Below are positions 58,297-64,000 of a DNA stretch of 64,000 nt, piece by piece. How positions within the stretch are numbered: position 1 is the stretch's first letter; each line of letters starts with the position of its first letter. Source of the stretch: Macrostomum hystrix. Its lineage: Eukaryota > Animalia > Platyhelminthes. The notes beneath the pieces are model-generated. The model made no database searches. It worked only from the letters and a program-made list of their open reading frames with translations, and was not told where the DNA came from. The translations under genes were made by a program, and so were the position numbers. The DNA is taken from positions 5,518,001 through 5,582,000 of the forward strand of contig CATNEN010000024.1 of the NCBI GenBank assembly GCA_950097015.1, given 5' to 3'.

Positions 58297-60130
58297 CTAG
58301 CCCTTGGCCTTGCTGAGCACCAGCTCCGGTGTCATGCTGCCGGCCTCGTCCGGCACCAGCGACCACTGTGACACCAGCGGATACTTTGAGGTCGGCGCCG
58401 CTGCGCTAAAGTTAAAGCCTATAAAAGTGTGCAGCACTCCGCGAAAGGTATTGCCATCGTCGTCGCCATCGTCGTCGCCATCTTCGTCGCCATCGTTCTC
58501 GTCATCGGCACCCTGACGGATCATCGGCGATTTGATGCCCGGACTACGCGGAATCGGGCCGGCTGCCTCATCATCGACAATTAGGGCTCGATGAATGACG
58601 GCGAAGTTGATGCGCGGCTTGTGGTACTTTTTAATTGGCCGAAGCACCGGCTGGCCCCTGACCTCATCCTGGGCGATCTTCATGATGAAATGGCAGTAAA
58701 TAATTTCTGTTGAAATCACACTGGCGATGCGATAGTCACCGATGGCCACTTTGGGCAGTTCGCAGTACACAAAGTACTTTTTGCGCTTTTTATTCCTATG
58801 CCTATGCCGGCTGCTGGTTTTTTGACATTTTGGCTTCTCGGCACTGATGGGATCGTCCTGCACTTTTTGTTTAGTGCTTGGTGGCACCCCGGCCTGTGCG
58901 CCCGGCTCCTTGCTGATTGTGGCGCTGCCCTTGCGAAAGTCCTCCTTTACCTTCTCAAGCGACGTTTCTGAGCCCGCATTGTCCTGCTTGTAGCGATTCA
59001 GTGGACTCGTTGCGCCGGGACTTTTCGATATGGGGCCCTTGTCCCAGCAGTCGGCACTGATGGGGTCGTCCCGCACTTTTTCTTTAGTGCTTGGTGACAC
59101 CCCGACCTGTGCGCCCGGCTCCTTGCTGATTGCGGCGCTGCCCTTGCGAAAGTCCTCCTTTACCTTCTCGAGCGACGTTTCTGAGCCCGCATTGTCCTGC
59201 TTGTAGCGTTTCAGTGGACTCGTTGCGCCGGGACTTTTCGATATGGGGCCCTTGTCCCAGCAGTCGGCACTGATGGGATCGTCCCGCAGTTTTTCTTTAG
59301 TGCTTGGTGACACCCCGACCTGTGCGCCCGGCTCCTTGCTGATTGCGGCGCTGCCTTTGCGAAAGTCCTCTACCTTCTCGAGCGGCGTTTCTGAGCCCGC
59401 ATTGTCCTGCTTGTAGCGTTTCAGTGGACTCGTTGCGCCGGGACTTTTCGATATGGGGCCCTTGTCCCAGCAGTCGGCACTGATGGGATCGTCCCGCAGT
59501 TTTTCTTTAGTGCTTGGTGACACCCCGACCTGTGCGCCCGGCTCCTTGCTGATTGCGGCGCTGCCCTTGCGAAAGTCCTCTACCTTCTCGAGCGGCGTTT
59601 CTGAGCCCGCATTGTCCTGCTTGTAGCAAATTAGTGGACTCGTTGCGCCGGGACTTTTCGGTATGGGGCCCTTGGCATCTTCGTCCTCGATAAAGGGCCG
59701 GTGAATGACGGCCACATTCACCACTGGCACTTTATAATCCCTGATTGGCAGCAGAACAAGTGGAATTTTCTCATTCTGCGCTATCTTGATCAGAAAGTGG
59801 AACCGTAGCAAACTGCCAACCACACAGCTGGACTTGTGGTAGTCGCCAATCTATAATTAACAAGAGAAATTAAAGAAGCAATATTATGCGTTTCGTCTTT
59901 TAGCCGACAAAAGCTAATTTATTTGTATTTAGATTCGCCTTTCCACTCACTTTAATCTTCGGCAGCTCCATGTACACCAAGTAGCGTTTGATAATGTCGG
60001 GTTGATTGTCGTAGTTATTGACATTCGAAATTTTGAGGCAGTCTTCTTGTCTACCCGTGCTGTTTTCGTGATAGAATCCTCGGCTTAGCAGCCGGTTCCT
60101 CTCCAGTATGGTCACCGGCTTTTTTCCCAT
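58297..60130 (-). CDS. Uncharacterised 577-aa protein with a duplicated ~80-aa domain and four 70-aa repeats; exons 60130-59951 and 59850-58297
   Basis: Phase-0 GT-AG intron (ATTAAA|gtgagt...tatag|ATTGGC) joins ORFs 59900-60130 and 58297-59823; internal domain homology supports coding status. Confidence 0.8.
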
Positions 60131-61218
60131 GTTGGCCTGAGTTGGTCCTCAAATTATCCGCGTGGAAAATGTGTGCCAACGTCACTTACTCTCACCCTCT
60201 TGTCTATTTGCTTAGCCGGCTTGTGTCTCTAAAAAACTGTGAGCTAACGCAAAGCTCACTAAAAGATACAGCTAATTTTTTATAAGGATCTACCATAGAC
60301 AACGGCGCAGCTGAAGCCCAGTCTAACATAGAGGCTTCTTTTAAAATCTCGGATTGCTTAATTTTTTAAGTTCAATTTCATATTCAGACAGATTTTTCTT
60401 TGCACTTCAGCGTACTATACGAGCGTATAGGGTGAGGAAAAGTACTGTTTTAGTGCCTATAAAATATACAATTAGGGATTAACTCGACCTTGAATACCGT
60501 ATCTATACACGAATACCAGCTCTATAATAGTACCTTAAGGTAACTATTTATAGATAGAAGGTCTGTACTGCAGTCTCGGAAAATGCAGTGAAGGCATAAG
60601 AACTTGTAATATAATAAACCATGTTCAGAACCTAGATAACTAAATCCACTTTCAAACTATTGTCGTGGGGATCCGTTGTAAAACTCTCCACGGTCGACAT
60701 TTTCGTTGCTATATATGAAACCAATACTAGACGATTTTATAATATAAAGCGTGTACTCGTACTTCGCATCATAATTTAATATTGCAGCGAAATACTTTAT
60801 ATTTAAATTTCAATGCTAAATAAGCACAAACATAAATAGCAATAGTCATAAAATGTAGCAACGAAATTGAGTTGTGAACAGAACAAGCCATGCAACTAAA
60901 TATATCAAACAGAGACAATATGAAACAGGTTGTGCTATCGCAGCAGCGGCGTGTGATCAGCTAAAAATATTTGCACGCGGTGATTATCCAAGCTTGACTT
61001 GCGCTTTGAGCTGAATTATAAGGGTAGCCTAGCGTACCGTAAAAACCCCTAATCATTTTTTAACTGAAAATTGTAATGCCAAACAAACAAATGAATATAA
61101 GCAAACTACGTGAAACTATAAATAAACTATTTAGGACACTCGGAATATTCGGGTATAGTTCGCCACTTCAAAAGAGGATAGAAACAGTCCACGGCTTCTC
61201 CGTCTCCATGGCAACAGC

Positions 61219-62037
61219 CTACTCGGCTGGCTTCTCAGTCTCCATGGGAACGTCCTTCAGCTGCGGCTTCTCCTGAGCGGGCGGCGCCTCGAACGGTGCC
61301 TCGATGCAGAGCCGGCCGTCGTGGCTGAGCTTGCTCACCACCTGCTCCAGCTTGGTGCCGTCGGGCAGCTGGAAGATTCGCTCCAGCCGCTTGTGCACCC
61401 GCTGCCCGCCGGATTCCTCCTTGTGCTCCGCCTCCACCAGCACGCAGTCGCCCTGCTGTCGCACGCGAATCTCGCTCGGCTGGAACTCGCGCACTGACAG
61501 CTCGGCCTTGAACCGCTTGCTGCGGTCCTCCGCCTCCACCACCTGGCCGGACCCCTCAGACTCCAAGCCGCCCCGCAGCAGGCTGCGAAGCTCGTCCCAA
61601 ACTGAGCCGCCCTGCTGCTGCTGCTGCTGCTGCTGCTGCACCTGCTGCTGCTGCTTCTGCGGCTGCTCCTTGAACGGTGCCTGCAGCACCAGCATGCCGT
61701 CCCGGGTGAAGCCGCTGTTCAGCTTCTCTGCGTCCACATCCTCGGGCAGCTCCACCGTCCGCTTCACCTCCGTCACGTCCTCGCCGTTCTCCAGCCGCGC
61801 CACCACTCGCACCTTCCGCTCCTCTCGCTTCACCGACACGTCCTTCGGCGAGAAGCCGCGAAGGTCCACAGTCCGGCTCCACTGGCGCGGTCGCCAAGGA
61901 CCCCTGTGCCGCAGCAGCTGCACCAGCGGATCGTACTCCGGTGTCAGCCAGTCGTCCAACTCGCTCAAGGCTGCCACGAGCGGCAGCGAGTGCGAGAACT
62001 GAGTGTACACGTTGCTCGGTGCGATCCACAGCGACAT
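61219..62037 (-). CDS. Small heat-shock protein with two alpha-crystallin domains (p40/Tsp36-like), 272 aa, intronless
   Basis: VDLRGFSPKDVSVK...LPEDVDAEKLNSGFTRDGMLVLQAP and LSVREFQPSEIRVR...FQLPDGTKLEQVVSKLSHDGRLCIEAP; polyQ linker; ATG 62037 preferred. Confidence 0.93.
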   Translation of the reverse strand: MSLWIAPSNVYTQFSHSLPLVAALSELDDWLTPEYDPLVQLLRHRGPWRPRQWSRTVDLRGFSPKDVSVKREERKVRVVARLENGEDVTEVKRTVELPEDVDAEKLNSGFTRDGMLVLQAPFKEQPQKQQQQVQQQQQQQQQGGSVWDELRSLLRGGLESEGSGQVVEAEDRSKRFKAELSVREFQPSEIRVRQQGDCVLVEAEHKEESGGQRVHKRLERIFQLPDGTKLEQVVSKLSHDGRLCIEAPFEAPPAQEKPQLKDVPMETEKPAE

Positions 62038-62150
62038 GATTGCTGAAAGTTCGCTTACCGATTGGTTGCTCTGCTTTGGATTTGATTTGCTTAGGCTTGA
62101 GTATGCTTGGCTACTCAAATGCTGCCTCTACCCGGAGCAGACTATTCCGC

Positions 62151-62157
62151 TTTTATA
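62151..62157 (-). promoter_or_regulatory. TATA box (TATAAAA) of the sHSP gene
   Basis: Lies 114 nt upstream of ATG 62037, directly downstream of the HSE cluster. Confidence 0.75.
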
Positions 62158-62170
62158 GACTGCTCTGAAG

Positions 62171-62324
62171 GAAATTTCTGGACACTTCGATTCATCACTG
62201 GCTTCTGGAAATTTCTAGAAATGCAGCTATTTTCAAAAATTTAGGAATAAAATGATTGTGTTTCTACTGTAAGTAGACTAAGTGCATATTTGAATTTTAT
62301 CGTTTAGAAGTTTCTGGAACATTC
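62171..62324. promoter_or_regulatory. Heat-shock element cluster
   Basis: Perfect four-unit nGAAn arrays TTCtgGAAatTTCtaGAA (62203-62220) and GAAgtTTCtgGAAcaTTC (62307-62324), plus an imperfect one at 62171-62188. Confidence 0.88.
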
Positions 62325-63488
62325 CATGGACAATGCCTCAAAAAGCTTATCTAAAGGTTTAGCTAACCTAAAGGTTTTAGGAAGAACAAGCGCTAGAACA
62401 CCCTGGTCAAGCGGGTAAGTTCGTTGTGGTTAATTGTTCAGCGAGAGAAATATAGCGAACGAATTCGCGTCTGTAAGTTTTCACAGCGCACTTTTCCTAC
62501 AAACAGTGTTGGGCGCTTTACCAAAAAAGTAACGGCGATGGCGGCAACAGTCGCTACTGACTATTTAATAACAGGAAAGTTGGGTGACGAAAAAAAACAA
62601 AAAAGCAACGGTCGTTACTTTTAATCGTTACTTTCAGTTTTTTACACTTTTACCATAAAAAAGGCAATTTTTACGTAAGCATGTTATAAAAACGTGTAGC
62701 TTTGTTTATCTGTCATCACTCATATCATATGTTGTAATCTTTAATAATCTTTAAAAGTGTCGTCAGAATAAAGTAACAGACTAGTCAGTCTATGGATTGA
62801 CTAATTAATATTTCGCATAATTTGAAGGTCGCAACAAAATAAAAAACGTCGAATAAAAATAAATGCAAGATGTATTAATTTAAAACAAAAAAATCGAGTA
62901 ATTCGAAAAAATATACTATTTAAAGGTTTCTTCATTACAACAAAAGAAATACTTTACAGTGCTCGTAATTTCTTTAAAAAAATTCGGTAACTGGTAACGC
63001 AGGTAACGGGAAATTCACACTGTTGGTAACGAATCGTTACCATCATTTTCGTCACCAGCCCGCGGTAACGCGAAAAACTAACGTTGCAAAAAAGTAACGA
63101 TCATTACCAAATTGGTACATAGAAACGAGTAGCGCGCCTAACATGGTCTGCAAACTATTACAGAAAAAACACAGTATTCTCGCTGATTTCCACTGCTATT
63201 ATTTGTTTTCGTTGGTCTCTATTTGCCTTCAGTCAATAATCGCATAGACAAAAATCGTTAATTGCAGTCAGTATTTGAGGATAGGTTGGAAGAAAAAACT
63301 ATGAAAGGCAAAACTGGAATTAATTCCCAACCCAAGGACTGATGGCGAAACAGTTACTGAGTGAATTTGCACCGCAAACATCACAAATGATGCTGGAGAG
63401 AGTTGCATTATATCAGGGTTCCAGTTTCTCTGTCGCTCTACCACACAGCATCAGTTAGTCGCGTCTCATTAACTATCGACCTGTCAAA

Positions 63489-64000
63489 ATGAGTGATTGC
63501 TTGTCGCTGCGCTCAGTCTGTCAGGAAGATTCGAGTGCTGATTGCCTGCAGGAGAGCCATGAATGCATTGATGCCATCAGCGATTCCAGCAGCCCGCTGC
63601 TAGAGCTTATGCGAACTGGAAGCTGGGACACTTTTATACAACAGATTGACGCGCTGGATCCTGATCAACTGCTGGAGCTTCTGCTACCTGACTCCGCCGT
63701 CCAAGCAGCGGCCGCTCGCTTTAGAGATAGAAATCAGTCACTGAATTTGGACGGTGCTACAACGCCTCTGGTTGAGCTTCTGCTGACGCGTCAGACACAG
63801 TCGATTACGCATGCTATTCATCTACTGATATCGCCAGATAGTGACGTTCCAACGGTGCTGCTGCAACGCGCCAGGTTCACACTGTTTCAGTTGGTCGATA
63901 TTTGCCACAAAGGAGTCGTTCAGGAGAGGCACATGGCGGAATTATTCCAGGCCGTGTCACTAGAGCATCCAAAATTTTGGGCTGCTCTACTGTCGGTGGA
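63489..64000 (+). CDS. Start of an unknown Leu-rich, probably helical protein (at least 170 aa; runs off the right edge)
   Basis: Hand translation MSDCLSLRSVCQEDSSADCLQESHECIDAISDSSSPLLELMRTGSWDTF...EHPKFWAALLSV has no stop up to 64000; coding-like GC content. Confidence 0.6.
   Translation, partial: MSDCLSLRSVCQEDSSADCLQESHECIDAISDSSSPLLELMRTGSWDTFIQQIDALDPDQLLELLLPDSAVQAAAARFRDRNQSLNLDGATTPLVELLLTRQTQSITHAIHLLISPDSDVPTVLLQRARFTLFQLVDICHKGVVQERHMAELFQAVSLEHPKFWAALLSV

Noticed and set aside
62500-63110. GTAACG/CGTTAC-rich region starting CAGTGTTGGG, possibly a hAT-type MITE
   Set aside because: No matching terminal inverted repeat or TSD could be located.

Overview
Eukaryotic (animal) genomic DNA with GC-rich exons, AT-rich intergenic DNA and GT-AG introns packed with minisatellites. 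The style and a two-domain small HSP suggest a free-living flatworm such as Macrostomum; this is inference, not proven. Spliced genes reconstructed by hand, with frame-consistent exon sums: SLC20/PiT phosphate transporter (+), NIMA-related kinase (+), Orai channel (+), ACAP/centaurin-beta ArfGAP (-), coproporphyrinogen III oxidase (+), MacroD-type macrodomain hydrolase (+), an unknown 577-aa protein with a duplicated domain (-), and an intronless two-alpha-crystallin-domain sHSP (-) with TATA and heat-shock elements. Partial genes lie at both window edges: a RING-CH-like exon, and an unknown ORF. The 34-50 kb gene-poor interval holds a Merlin DNA transposon (39-bp TIRs, 8-bp TSD), an older Merlin relic, a foldback element and a full-length RNase H-bearing LOA-like LINE with a 13-bp TSD. 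Two tRNA-derived SINE families are dispersed in the window. Most long ORFs in the supplied track are artefacts of tandem repeats. I found no clear new multi-gene system. The best leads are an Orai lacking the conserved TM3 glutamate, an atypical NEK catalytic loop, the orphan duplicated-domain protein, a structured duplicated module in the LINE 5'UTR, and a minisatellite built from a splice donor.
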